A DNA stretch of 64,000 nt from positions 620,001 through 684,000 of the forward strand of contig OZ024743.1 in the NCBI GenBank assembly GCA_964016885.1. Direction: 5' to 3'. Each line of letters starts with the position of its first letter. The first letter of the stretch is position 1. Under the pieces are notes generated by a model. It made no database searches. It was not told the origin of the DNA and saw only the letters and a list, made by a program, of their open reading frames with translations. A program made the position numbers and the translations under genes. Positions 15,242 to 28,545 of this stretch are shown in pieces. This DNA is from Eledone cirrhosa. Taxonomy: Eukaryota.

Positions 15242-15339
15242 AAAAGTGACTGCGTTCTGACAAGAATGTAACTGACGTACACATAAAATCATAATTATGT
15301 GTACGTCAGTTACATTCTTGTCAGAACGCAGTCACTTTT
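15242..15339. repeat. Perfect inverted repeat, 45-bp arms, 8-nt loop
   Basis: AAAAGTGACTGCG...ACATAA / TTATGT...CGCAGTCACTTTT. Confidence 0.95.
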
Positions 15340-15997
15340 GCAGCTTGTTAAACTTACCATTTGTTAAACTGCAGTGCTAAATTCAATCTTCTCTTAAAAC
15401 TAGAGTGTACAGAATAATGTATTCCACTGAATTCTATTAGTGAAACGCTGCAATTTGACAAGATTACCAAGTCAAGAAATCTGATTTTCTCTTGAAACCT
15501 GGAACAATACAAAGTAATAGTGATCAATAACAATGCCAATAAAACTATCACTCCATAGTTTAGAAATAACATTCAAATTTCCTTAAATACTCATCTGCTG
15601 TCTAACAGAAAAGGACACGTTGGAAATATAATGATCGCAAATAAAATGGAATTATTAAGACTGGAGGTTTCTAGTTATAATTCATTTCAGTCAGGACTGA
15701 CGATAAGCTGAAAAGCAACACTAACAACAACTATGCTTAATTTAATACTGCTCTATACTGATTACATATTCCAACTTGTAAATAAATTTTCGTTTAAATA
15801 CAGGCCACTGGTGATCAAACAAATCATTTATACAGCGGTGTAATGCTGTTGCCTACTTATAACATATTTTATAGAATCTCGATAAAGTCAATGTGGAGAG
15901 ACATAAGTCTAGAATATGCAGAGAAGACGGTAACTAAAGCGAATATATCCAGGGCATAAAATGTAGCCATCTACAATTCTAAAGATCCACTATTATT

Positions 15998-16193
15998 AGG
16001 GCGGTGGATTGGCAGTATCGGTAGGGGGTCGGACGCCATGCTTTGGCGCATAGAGTTACGGTCCTTGCCATTCTGAGTTCAAATCCCACCGAGGTTAACT
16101 TTGCCTTTCATCCTTACGGGGTCGATAAAATAAAGTACCAGTAATGCACTGGGTAATTGCTGGCCTTGTGCCAAAAAGTAGAAACAATTATTA
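15998..16193 (+). mobile_element. Full-length Meta/MESC-core SINE
   Basis: GGGCGGTGGATTGGCAGTATCGG head, GAGTTCAAATCCC B box, core, tail. Confidence 0.93.
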
Positions 16194-16566
16194 ATTCATA
16201 ATATTGCAACAATGATGTAAATTTTGGGGAACGGGTAACATAGATTGGTTTATTTCGAATACTTAAATTGTATGTATTTTTATCGATTCCAGAGAAGCGA
16301 GAGGTATTGTCATATTCAGGGGGGATTTAAAATCAAATCTTAAAGGGGCCTAACAAATAATAACCTGACATTTAACTTGGTATGTTGCCATGGCTGTCAA
16401 ACCCTCATTCTTATGTTCTACTTATATTAAGAGTCGCATAAGCCTTGTCTATGATTCATTCCCATCTCTCTACTCATCTTTCGCATTCATATTCTTTTAC
16501 TTCCTACAGTATTTCACCTCCCACTAACTCTCTCTTTAGTGCTCCCCTCTATTTATCTCTCTCTCA

Positions 16567-16686
<120 letters not shown>

Positions 16687-17307
16687 CTTTCTTTCTCTCT
16701 CTCCCCTCCCTCCCACTTTCTTTCTGTTTATACTTTTCAGTATATTTATTTCTATATTGCTATACACATTTCATTGCCTCGCATTCAGTTTCCCTTCATT
16801 TTTTTCTCTATATATTTATCTTTCATACCTTCTTTCGCCTACTTATTTTTTTGTTCTGAATTTCTTTCTCTCTTTAAATGTGCATATGTGTAGTAGTTTA
16901 AAGAATACACGCGCGTACGCATCAAACCATAAAGCCCGAGAAGCAAATAAACATAGAAATTACCGATATTACATGTATAGTTTTACCTCGAAATCATCAC
17001 CTTCAACGGAAGCAACATGGCGCGACAACAACATCCGGAAAGACAGCTGGAAGAATCAGCTGATATCAATGAAATATAAACATTCAAGTGTTAAGATCTT
17101 ATCACAATCTAACTAAACTAGCCCAATATAAGCTTACTTCACTCCAATGTCTTAGCTTCTCATCTGTCAGAGCAGCAAGTGAACATAAACAAGAAAAATT
17201 CTTCAGCCGAAATTTGTTTCACAATTGTCTCGTATCTTTCACTTCCATCATATTTAACTTAAGGCAAAAATCTATCCACATCCTAAATAATAACTAACTG
17301 AAGAATA

Positions 17308-17358
<51 letters not shown>

Positions 17359-17389
17359 CACACGCACATATATATATATTTATATATAT

Positions 17390-17420
<31 letters not shown>

Positions 17421-17540
17421 CACACACACATATATATATATATATACATCTAAATATATATTTATATATATACATACATATATATATATACATACATACA
17501 ATATTAAATAAATGGAAAACTATATTTATAAAACCATATT

Positions 17541-17606
17541 TATTTCATTATATATATTTCGGGGATATCATATTAACAATATGCTATGCCTTCATCAGAC
17601 AAAATA
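17541..17606 (-). ncRNA. Type I hammerhead ribozyme motif within a ~290-bp element (17500-17790) between (TA)n tracts
   Basis: Minus strand: TATTTTGT-CTGATGA-[AGG..CATATT GTT AATATG..CCC]-GAAA-TATATATA-ATGAAATA; stem I pairs with G-U wobbles. Confidence 0.75.
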
Positions 17607-17800
17607 CAATATAAACAGTTTTATAGATAAATATATTCGACATACCGTAATAAACATCAACTTCATTTGAAGAGGTTTAAATATAGTTTTCCATTTATTT
17701 AATATTGTAAATATACTCCAAATATTTGTCGAGTGCTTTTATATCAGTTATAAATATTTACTAGTTGTAACCCAACAATTTTAAATATAACCTTACATAT

Positions 17801-17844
<44 letters not shown>

Positions 17845-17895
17845 GTATATATATATATATATATATATAAATGTATATATATATATATATAAATG

Positions 17896-17927
<32 letters not shown>

Positions 17928-18278
17928 TATTTATATGCGTGTGTGAGTTTGTGTGTGTGTATGTATGTGGGTGTGTATATTTGTGTGTGTTCTAATATAT
18001 CATAATAACAAAGATCATCCGTTGTTGCCGAGGATGCGTGCTCCAGTTGGAACTGGCTCCAATGGAACTGTCTGCTCGTCGATGCCAAGAAGAATGGAAA
18101 CAGATTATGAAGGAAAGTCTAAATAAATGGTGTGCATCATTTAATCCCAGGCCATGCTGGACCCACCTTTTCGCCCCACACACGCAATCACGACAGGAGC
18201 ACAAACATACACATACACAGGCACACACGAGTAATGTGTCGAAGTATAAATTGTATATGAATATTTGGGACGCGTATA

Positions 18279-18358
<80 letters not shown>

Positions 18359-18423
18359 GTAGAACACTGGAAGGTAATATCCGTAGTGGTAGAGCACTCA
18401 GTCCATGGGACAAGTTAGGTAGT

Positions 18424-18645
18424 AGTGGTAACACAACAGTTAGTTCACTATACCCAGAACAATTGTTTCACCTTAGCGGATCCTCAGCTGGGACTGGTCA
18501 TGGTTATACGGAATAGGAAGGACAACCGTATGAACGTTCATACGGTTGTCCTTCCTATTCCGTATAACCATGACCAGTCCCAGCTGAGGATCCGCTAAGG
18601 TGAAACAATTGTTCTGGGTATAGTGAACTAACTGTTGTGTTACCA

Positions 18646-18647
<2 letters not shown>
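18424..18647. repeat. Perfect spacerless palindrome, 112-bp arms, centre 18535/18536, one hammerhead per arm
   Basis: Arms are exact reverse complements; lies between (TA)n(GA)n and (TA)n. Confidence 0.97.
18579..18618 (+). ncRNA. Minimal type I hammerhead ribozyme (mirror copy on the minus strand at 18453-18492)
   Basis: CCCAG-CTGAGGA-T CC GCTAA GG T-GAAAC AATT GTT-CTGGG: 5-bp stem I, intact core, palindromic stem III, GUU cleavage triplet. Confidence 0.8.
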
Positions 18648-18706
<59 letters not shown>

Positions 18707-19619
18707 TATATATCCGTAACTATGTGTGTTTACACTCTACAAATTATCCCGTCAGTGGTTTGATATGTTTAATTTATATATACCGTGAATGGTTGCTAAA
18801 AACATATATATGTATCTATGACTTTGTCTAATTTATATATACATATATATATATATACCCTTTAAATTTAATATATACTCCCGTTAAGGTTGAGTAAAAC
18901 TTTAGACAGTACTCGGCTGCGCTTTCTAGCAACCAGCCTACTCGCCGACAGGCACCAATGCCAAACTTTCTGCCTTGACCACTGGCCACGTGATGGTTCT
19001 TAGCCATTTTGAATTCATTTCTGGCGGTGATCATGGTAGAAGAAATTCTTTATCCAGTCTGAGGCATCTCCTAATGAATTCCGAGCCTTGATATATCCCA
19101 AAAATGGAACGAAACCACCGGGTGGTAGAGATGGAACGAAACCACTGGGTGGTAGAGATTATGAAGTTTCTGGTAAAGTTTATGTACATTTTTTCTTCTA
19201 ACTTTGATTTTGTACCTAATTACGTGTAGTTAACTATATGTCTAGTCAATTTCTACAGGCTAGTAGGAATATTAGGTAAATATCACATGGCTGCACGTCG
19301 CGGAAAAGAAGCTATATCATTTGTCTATTATTTCTTCATAAGTACATTTTAAACTTATACCCTCGTTTAAATGTTATTTGTGTGGTTGATTTATACTGAT
19401 TGGGAGAGGAAATACTGTATATATTTTATCTAATGATTCTTTGGACTTACATTTTTATATATATATATATATATGCCACTCGACTTTTAATTTAATTTTA
19501 ATAAATGCTCGGATTATTCCTTGGAATCTTTGAACTTATTCTACAGGAGATAAGGCGCATGTTTCTGATATTCTCAGACATAACATCTTTAATTTAATTT
19601 TTTTGGTATATATATATAT

Positions 19620-20620
19620 ACATGTATATATATATAAGTATTAGATGTGATCGGCAGTGTAACATATGTAATATGTAATTAAATATGTATATGTTCCGTA
19701 TTTATTATTGCATATAAATATATTGAAAGAGGGCGAAGATAGGATGAGTGGTGTAGGTGGTACGAAGAATAAGCATGATAAGAGCTATATGTATGCATCG
19801 TGCAACAGTGTTCGTGTCTGTTTATATATGTATACATAGCAAACTATGTCTTGCGTGTTTGTAGGGCAGTTCGGTAAATACAATGGCGTGCATATCCATT
19901 TGTGTGCTTAGTTGTGCATGTTTATTGTATGGTATACATATAAGCGTCCTGTGTGGGTGATTATGTGTGTTTGTATTTTGGAGGGCTAATGTTGTGTAGG
20001 TGAGTATGTAAGAGCGTGCGTGTGTGCGAAAGTATATTGACGTTAGAGACACTGAGGTGTAGAGTTATGACTTCTCGGAATGGGGTTCCAAGTGAAAATA
20101 TCAATTCTTGCTCGGTCCTGAAGCAAGATGTTGATTGTTTGCATTCTGAGACCGGAAGCAGAGAAATGTTGGCTGGAATGATTGGGTGAACAGAAGTGAT
20201 GGGTGACAGGTGTTCCGTCGTCAGGTCTTATGACCCTCAGGTGTTCTGAGTATCGACCAGCCTGGCGGTGACATGTTGTGCGATGGAGCTGACCCCCACA
20301 GAACGAACACCGAAGGACAATAAACAATATTAATGGAGATACACGCAGAGGAGACATGGATATAGAAGAAATTATGGTGTGTGAGCGTGGTAATAGTGTC
20401 AAAGAATGGAAAATTAAGGTAGCAGGAGTGGGAGTAGAGAAAAACAGGAAGATTCCAAGGTGAAGAGGGAGTATAACACCACTGCACAAGAAGATCACTG
20501 AGATTAAGAGCGTGCTTGAAGTTGGGAAGGGTGCGTTTGTAAAGTAGCATCAAATGACAAGTCAGAGAAGAGGAGTATGAAGCCTATGTAATGCGTGTGG
20601 AAAAACTTTGGTTACTTCAG
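19620..20620 (-). mobile_element. Decayed Penelope-like element 3' part (GIY-YIG remnant + UTR)
   Basis: Peptide GRYSEHLRVIRPDDGTPVTHHFCSPNHS aligns with RVTEHLRDIRLGGSSPIARHFGGPGHS of the element at 26.9-27.1 kb; frameshifted; boundaries approximate. Confidence 0.7.
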
Positions 20621-20639
20621 ATTAATCGCATCGTTCTTT

Positions 20640-21400
20640 CAACCATTTTTTGGCCAGGTTCCTAGTACAAAAATACATACAGGCAGGAGATAAGTTTCGA
20701 ACCGAGGACTATGGATAAGTCTCTCGCTTGGCAGTTCTACCGAGGCGCACTGCCGGATCGAGATAAACTCTACAGGCACGGAACTGCTGTCAGATGGACC
20801 TGCCCGAGATGCACACAGAACGATGAACTCGTTCTGCAGGCACTCGTCCAGTTTCCGTGCATTACTAACTTGTGGACGTATGTCGCGTGTGAGGCGGATC
20901 CGGCTATCGACCGAGTCCATAGTGACTGGGAAGGGCAGGTTTTCTTCTGTCTAGTGGCGGTAGTGAATGAGTTGGTGTGGTGGACCAGGTTGAAATAACT
21001 GAAGACAGACACTTTTCTCTTCGGCCAAACCGCCATCAACTTTTTCAAAGAAGGTGAGGGTAGAGAGAGAGGTTCTTCCCTCTGTACATTTACTAAGAGG
21101 TGAGTAAACATGGCGAGAATGGCCCGCGTGAATGGGCCTACTCTGAGCATGCGCCTTCAAGCTTGTTAACTTGAGGAGGAGAGGGGTGCCCTTCCCGGGT
21201 GCCCTCGAAGCGTCGGGTGGTTCGCCCCCTATTGGGGAAGTTATTTTTATACATAGTTTATTTTTATATTTTTTTCATTGTTAAATTGGTTTTGTTATTG
21301 TACATTTTTACTCAATATTATTGTAACCCCCCATTGTCCGTGTCTTGTGGGCAATAAATGAAACCATTATTATTATCATTATTATTATTATTATTATAAT
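20640..21400 (+). mobile_element. 5'-truncated Tx1/L1-type LINE 3' end (zf-RVT region, AATAAA, (ATT)n tail)
   Basis: KSLAWQFYRGALPDRDKLY..CPRC..LVWWTRLK is homologous to the LINE at 60.0-60.4 kb; CAATAAA at ~21352 followed by (ATT)n. Confidence 0.85.
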
Positions 21401-21831
21401 AAACATATGTAGTAGTATTAATAGTCATAACAGTAGCAACAGCAGGTGCAAAAGTACTTGTTTCTGATTATATTCAAGGCCACAAGTAAAGAGGGGTGAT
21501 GTTTTTGTTGCTGTTGATGTTCATGTTGATGTTGACATATAGACGTGTGACCCTTTCTAAGATAATAAAAATATTACGTCTAAGAATTTGGTATTCGGGC
21601 AATTGCATGCTGATTTTACGAGGCTCTTAACATAGTCTAAAATATCGTAAGGGCAACATTATTAGAGAATACTGCGAAGTTGTTAATCAAAGTATTCCTG
21701 ACTGTGTTTAAGTGTAGGCAACTATGCGTATTATACCAGGGTGTTTGTAAAGTGTATGTTATCAGATGCATTTTATCTGGATGTAAGACTAAAACGGAAT
21801 GTGAATACGATCTTGTATACACATACACACG

Positions 21832-21910
<79 letters not shown>

Positions 21911-22521
21911 ATAATAAAGTATATATCCCTACACGCAAAAAGCGTCCAGGGTCACATGTATCGTCCAACCATATACCAATGTGGTTCAATGGCAGGTTAA
22001 TAAATTAACGAGCCAGAACATATATAATCAAATATATAAAATTTGGTCGTTTTGACTGCTGCTATTTATAGTGGTAGTAGACTGACCTCCCTTCCTCTGC
22101 TTCTGTCTTTACACACGGCACTGGACAGAATTGCTTCCACATCATTCATTCTCATCTCGGGAACAATTTTGAATAGCGCTAGTTCGTAATTTGAGCTCGG
22201 GAATTTTATATTCTCCGAGTGAAAAGAACCTTCTGACGAGAGTTTATCTTTTCAATGGAAGGCCGCAAGGACTGTCCATTTATTTTTGAGACTCGAAACC
22301 GATTCGGTAAAGTTAACCATAGTGACTACAGTGAATTTTTTGAAATTTATTTTGAAACATTTTCTTATTTGCTAAACCTTGATTATATATATATATATAT
22401 ATGGTATATATATATGATATATACATATATATATATATATGGTATTGATTTTCTGGCAATATCAAACATTACCTTTAGGTTTGAATATGAACCTGTGCCC
22501 TGATACATACACACACACACA

Positions 22522-22596
<75 letters not shown>

Positions 22597-22675
22597 ACAT
22601 ATATATATATATATATTTATATATACAATCATAAATACTCCAAAAATGCATACAATATTTTAAATAGGCACAGTG

Positions 22676-22709
<34 letters not shown>

Positions 22710-22712
<3 letters not shown>

Positions 22713-22817
22713 ATTGTTTCTACTTTAGGCACAAGGCCAGCAATTACCCAGTGCATTACTGGTACTTTATGTTATCGACCCCGTAAGGATGAAAGGTAAA
22801 GTCAACCTCGGCGGGAC
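22710..22817 (-). mobile_element. Meta/MESC-core SINE, 5'-truncated
   Basis: Reverse complement of core and tail. Confidence 0.88.
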
Positions 22818-22831
22818 TTTGCCTATATATA

Positions 22832-22874
22832 TAGTAATAATAATAAATTTGAAGACTAAAATCCAAAGAGGGCT

Positions 22875-22875
<1 letters not shown>
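22832..22875 (-). mobile_element. ~44-bp terminal fragment of the Naiad-type PLE at 55.2 kb, in (TA)n
   Basis: AGTAATAATAATAAATTTGAAGACTAAAATCCAAAGAGGGCTCG is identical to 55241-55284. Confidence 0.85.
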
Positions 22876-22931
<56 letters not shown>

Positions 22932-24900
22932 AAGGTTATAAAAAGTTGTCGTCCCAACACAGCTGTCTAAAATAATAATCTCTCACCATAAATAATCGTA
23001 GATAAACTGACTAAATCACATCTGGAGACGGAACGTAGAGAACAAAATCGCCAGAAATTAATTGGACCCAACATATTTCAGATGCTGGATGAGTTCGTTT
23101 AAAAAATCTGAAGCCTGACGATAGGTGAGTAAACATCCGATTGACTCAAGAATCCTTGGAAATGTTTGAAATTGGAAATGTAGTCGTCGAAACTCAATAT
23201 CTATAATAATAGTCGATTAATATAAATATTTAATAATCGGCTATATATACGTGTGCTGGAGTGTGTGTGTGTGTGTGCAGTATTTGTACTCGTTTTGTAC
23301 TCAGTTGCTGCGAAACTACGAAGTAGCTTGTCCTGTTGTCATATAAACTTCCTCAGTCATGCTAATTATTTCTAAAGAAATGAGAGCATAGCGATTTGGC
23401 ATATCTTCAGATATCAAAAGAATCGCTCATAACGGCCCTCTCTACCGACAACCCGTTAGTCCCTTGTGCCATATTTTTTTATGATTTTCTGTTTTAGCAT
23501 TTTGCGCTGCCATGCTAACTCGAAAAACGCAACAGGTGCTACAAGGCTTTTACTTTCGTTCCTTTTATTTCTGAGAGAAGTTTTGCTCGGAAATTTGAAC
23601 AATTTTATCATGATGGAAAGCACCATTTCTTTCCTGATAGGCTTGCTGTCGTTTGGTTCGCGGATGCTTATTTGATGTTCGTACTTAAATCCTATATCTA
23701 CGTGTCACCTGCTATCCGCCACATGGAAACAGGGTGGGTGGCTGTGAGTATCTCTCTCTCTCTCTTTCTCTGTATATATATATATATATCCTGAAATGGG
23801 TGTTGTATATACGATTGTATATAGACAGATCACATTACTCAATGATAACTCTCCACAGAAGAGAAGATTATAAAATATATTTTCAGAACAGGAATGTGCC
23901 ACCTATTTCTTCAGCTGATGTTGATTTTTACAACTGCTAATCTGTTGGTATGTCTTGCTTTTAATTTGCTTAATACAGTTTGTTCTCATTGTTACATTCC
24001 GATTTTTTTTCTGATCTTGAATTTCGATTTTCTGTAGTGTTTGCTAAAAGGTTTCTTTGTCCAGCCGTACATTGTTGACATTGCATGGTTCCATTCGTCT
24101 TTGACATAGCACGCTCAATTGACAATATAATGAAAAAATTGTTAAAACAATTTACCTACTCTTGACAAGCGTGTCTGGAAAATGCAGATATGTGTTTCTT
24201 CTCTTTGTCTCTAATAATTGAGATATAGTAGAAGCAGTGGTTTTTAAGGCTGTTTTCACTATTACCAATTAATAAATTTCATGTCTAAATACCGCTTATT
24301 GCGAGTGTCATGCAACGTTCGTAAATGCCCGTTTCAGACAGCCATTCACATTTGAAGAGCATAACTTTATGTGCCGCTAATGCTTTTGATGAGATTATCA
24401 AACGAGATACTTTGATATTATCTGATAATATATTTTGTTAAACATCTTATCGTACGCACGTCTGCCAAGGTATATTTTATTAATTATCGATTAGAAGTTT
24501 CTGGAAATACTTGATATCATTTTAAAAGTTTTGATAGGGTTAAAGCATATCATATTCCATTTTGTACACATGTGCAGCCGTTTCTCTTGCCTAGCTGAAA
24601 AACCAATCCTATCTCTTTTCAGGTTTTCTCTAATACATTATTATAAGTAGCAACATTATCAACGGTGAATCAATATGAATTTTTAAACACAATGTAAGTG
24701 GGCTTAGAATCATTATCGATATAACCATATGTTTCACTCCGTTTTCTATTAAATGGTTAAGATGTAATATTAAATCCAAATTCTTGCACATACACGCACA
24801 TACATCACCATATATAGGTGTTGCTATTAAGTTAGACATGGCCTGGGCCAATACTGGCCGAAACCTATCAAAGTTATATATATATATATATATATATATA

Positions 24901-25087
24901 TAACGAAGGAAATGTGGTAAGGAACCAGGTGGACCATAACGCACCAAAGTACTCAATACTTGAGGTAGTAGAGTGGGTAATAGGAACCAGTAAAACCCCG
25001 ACAGCTGAGCTCAAGCCGTTTCGACGGCTAATTCAGAGAATTAGCCGTCGAAACGGCTTGAGCTCAGCTGTCGGGGTCTTACTGGTT

Positions 25088-25092
<5 letters not shown>
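24901..25092 (-). mobile_element. Short fold-back element in (TA)n (hairpin 24980-25092, ~55-bp arms); family also at 33771-33968, 30826-30928 and partly at 34545-34662
   Basis: Shared TAACGAAGGA..GTGGTAAGGAACCAG..GTAGAGTGGGTAATAGGAA flank and hairpin; each arm has the hammerhead 3' half GAAACGGC-TTGAGCTCA-GCYGTC. Confidence 0.8.
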
Positions 25093-25132
<40 letters not shown>

Positions 25133-25134
<2 letters not shown>

Positions 25135-27187
25135 ACAGGCACATTTCGGTCAAACGCCACCGGCTCCGGACGCCCCAGACCCGTTTCTCGCCCTGGGCCG
25201 ACGACCATCTTCTTGGACGCCGGCCCCAGGGCAATTTAGCACCCTGGACGCCTTCGTCGATGCCAGCCGTAGCGCAGTAAATCGTTTCGACTTCCGCCAC
25301 CGTTCCAAACGGCACAACATCTCACGGGGCGAACTCCTCGCTCTCCGCTCCCTTCGTAGCCGAGATGACATCGTCATCAAACCGGCGGACAAGGGAGGCG
25401 CCGTGGTGGTATGGCGCGCGGACCTCTACAAGGCCGAAGCCCTCAGGCAGGTCTGTAACCCCCTCTTTTACCGCCCTCTACCCTCCGATCCCACCCCCCT
25501 CTACCAACAACAAGTCTCCTCCACCATCAAAGACCTTATCGCCTCCTCCCTCCTCCCCCCCACCGCTTCCCACCTCATCGTCCGCACACCCCGCACCCCC
25601 ACCATCTACTTCCTCCCCAAACTCCACAAACCCGACAACCCCGGCCGTCACATCGTCTCCGCTTGCAACTGCCCCACCGAACTCATCTCCGCCTTTCTCG
25701 ACTCCCTCCTCGCCCCCCTTGTCACCACCCTCCCCTCCCACATCTCTGACACCAACCACGCCCTGCGCCTTTTCGACTCCTTCACCTACCTACCCGGCCC
25801 TCAGCCATTCCTCTTCACCCTAGACATCAAGTCCCTCTATACCGTCATCCCCCACGCCGACGGCCTTCGCGCCCTCAAACACTACCTCGACCTTCGCCCC
25901 TCCCCCATTCCCTCCACCCCACTCTCCTTCGCCTCGCCGAGCTGGTTCTCACCCTAAATTGTTTCTCCTTCTCGGGTGAGTTTTACCAACAGGTCACGGG
26001 GGTAGCCATGGGCACAAGAATGGGCCCGAACTATGCCAACCTTTTTGTTGGCCATGTTGAGGCCCTAATCTTTGCCCAGTACACCGGCCCCACGCCCGAA
26101 CTGTACGGTCGTTACATTGACGACTGTATCGGAGCCACGACCCTCACCCGAGTACAGCTCGACTCCTTTCTCTCCTTCTTCTGCTCCTTCCACCCCTCCC
26201 TCCACTTCACCACCTCCATCTCCACCACCCACGTCCACTTCTTGGACATCTCCGTCGCCTTCGACCCCTCCCACCACTCCCTTGTCACCTCCGCCTTCTT
26301 CAAACCCACCGACTCCCACTCTTACCTCGACTTCACCTCTTCCCACCCCACCCACACTAAACTCTCCATTCCCTACTCCCAACTTCTCAGGATCCGCCGC
26401 CTCTGTAGCCGAGATGCTGACTTCGAGTCCCAGGCCCTTTCCCTAGTCAGCCATTTCATCCGCAGAGGTTACCCCCCCTCTCTCGTCCACACCGCTCTCA
26501 CCCGCACCTGTGCTATCCCCCGCTCTACCACCATCACCCCACGCCACCGCACACCCACCCACCGTCTCCCCTTCCCCATCACCTACCACCCCTCCACCTT
26601 ACCCCTCCACCGCACCATCCGCCGCCTCTTCCGACACCTCCAGTCCGACCCCTCCACCTCCCACATCTTCCCAACCCCACCACTCCCCTCCTTCAAACGC
26701 GCACGCAATCTCCGCACCCTCCTCGTCCACAGCTCCCTACCCCCCAACCCACGCTCCGTCCCCCCCCCCCGGTTCCTTCCCCTGTTCTAGGCCCCGCTGC
26801 AACACCTGTCCCCACATGACCAACACCACCACCTTCCAGGGTCCCAACGGCCACCCTCTCTCGGTCCGGCATGCCTTCCGCTGCACCTCCTCCAACCTAG
26901 TCTACAGACTTCGTTGCACGAGGTGCAGCGCGACTTATGTCGGACAGACGGGACGCCGCCTGGCGGACCGTGTCACGGAGCACCTCCGGGACATTCGTCT
27001 CGGGGGCAGTTCCCCCATCGCCCGCCACTTTGGTGGCCCTGGACACTCCGCACACCATCTCACAGTCTGTGGCCTACTCCAGTGCCACGGAACACCCGCC
27101 CATCGCCTCACGGTCGAACAACGTACTATCTTCCTCTTACAGACCCACACTCCCCCCGGCCTGAACTCCCCACCCTTATTCCTTTAG
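25133..27187 (+). pseudogene. PLE reverse transcriptase + GIY-YIG endonuclease ORF, split by two frameshifts in C runs (~25918, ~26765)
   Basis: Motifs IKPADKGGAVVVW, YFLPKLHK, DIKSLYTVIPH, GVAMGTRMGPNYANLF, RYIDD, KPTDSHSYL, CSRPRCNTC linker, NLVYRLRCTRC..YVGQTGRRLADRVTEH; TAG at 27185-27187. Confidence 0.93.
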
Positions 27188-28513
27188 CGTTCGACCGCCC
27201 CCTCCCCCACGTATCCCCCACTAACACCACTAACACACCCCTCCTTTTCACCGCCCACCCCACACTAACAATACTAACACCTCCACTCCACCCCTCATCT
27301 AACCACCCTTCCCCAACTAACATACTAACATCCCTTCCCTCCCCTCTTCTCCTCCTCCCCCCTCCTTATCACACGCACACACTTACACCACCCACCCCAC
27401 ACGCAACTAACATCACTAACACCCTCCAACCCCACGCACACGTACCCACACACCCTCGTACACCACCAACTCTACACACCCTACCCCCACTAACCCCCAC
27501 TCACACCTGCATTCCACCCCTCCCCACCTCCCGTCTACTAACACCCACTAACACCTCCTCACCTAACTACACACACACCAGTACACCACACTCCCTCCAT
27601 AGAACCACACACACCCTTCTCTCCCCACTCCACACTCACTCATCCCACTAACACACCTACTAATACACACACACACACCCTCCTCACTCCAACTCTCACA
27701 CCTACCCATCCTCGCCTCCCTACCATTCCGCCGACTGCTGCTATGCCCTTCCGACCACTGTCTCAGCACCAACTGACCACAGCACTTCCACTGCTGACCA
27801 CTTCCTGTTGCGCGCGCACCCCACATCTCTCCTCTTCCGACCACCGCCTCTTGGATTACCCACACGCGTTTTGACTTCCAACCAAAATCTCCATACATCC
27901 GTGTAACTTACCACTTTCAACCATCCTCTAACACCATCACCTATATAACTCACCCACACACACATCCCAAAACAAATTTTTTTATCCACACGCCACCCAC
28001 ACCCACAACACGCTTAAACCACACACACGTGCTTCCCACCACATATTTACACCCTCAGCCCCCTGATTCCTCTCCCCCCACCTCCTATCCACACACGCAC
28101 AGACCCTCCGACACACAAAAACACCCCCCACACATACCTTCCTGAACATGCAACCCCGTTCTTCCCCCAACCCTCACTTTCACATACACACACACACACA
28201 CACACGCACACCTAACCACACACACCACCTTCAGCCCTCCCCGCTCGGACACCCCGTCTCCCTCTCCCCACTCCACCCGCCTCCACCTCTACTCACCCCA
28301 CACCCTTCCACCACCTGTTTACCCCCCTTTTAATTTCAGTTTATTTTGATCATGCCTTTATTTTTAAATGTTCTCATTCCTTGTATTTTGATCATGCTTT
28401 ATTTTTATTTATTATTTATTATATTTTTGTCTTTATTTGTTAATTTTTCATTCGCACCGTTTCCTTTCGCTATATGTCTCTCCACCACTCCCCTACACAC
28501 CTTTTGAACTCTT

Positions 28514-28545
28514 ACCTGAAGAAGGGCTTATGCCCGAAACGTCGT
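28514..28545 (+). ncRNA. Minimal hammerhead motif in the PLE pseudo-LTR
   Basis: AC-CTGAAGA-A GGGC TTAT GCCC-GAAAC GTC-GT; core and stem II identical in the otherwise diverged copy at 58484-58515. Confidence 0.8.

Noticed and set aside
15998-16090. tRNA genes at A/B-box sites
   Set aside because: No cloverleaf; they continue into the SINE core and tail
24914-25132. N-terminus of the 347-aa ORF as part of the PLE protein
   Set aside because: Read-through across an unrelated hairpin element and (TA)n; RT homology begins after ~25133
25365-28333. Pro/Thr/Ser-rich and Gly/Val-rich ORFs overlapping the PLE
   Set aside because: Alternative-frame products of the C skew
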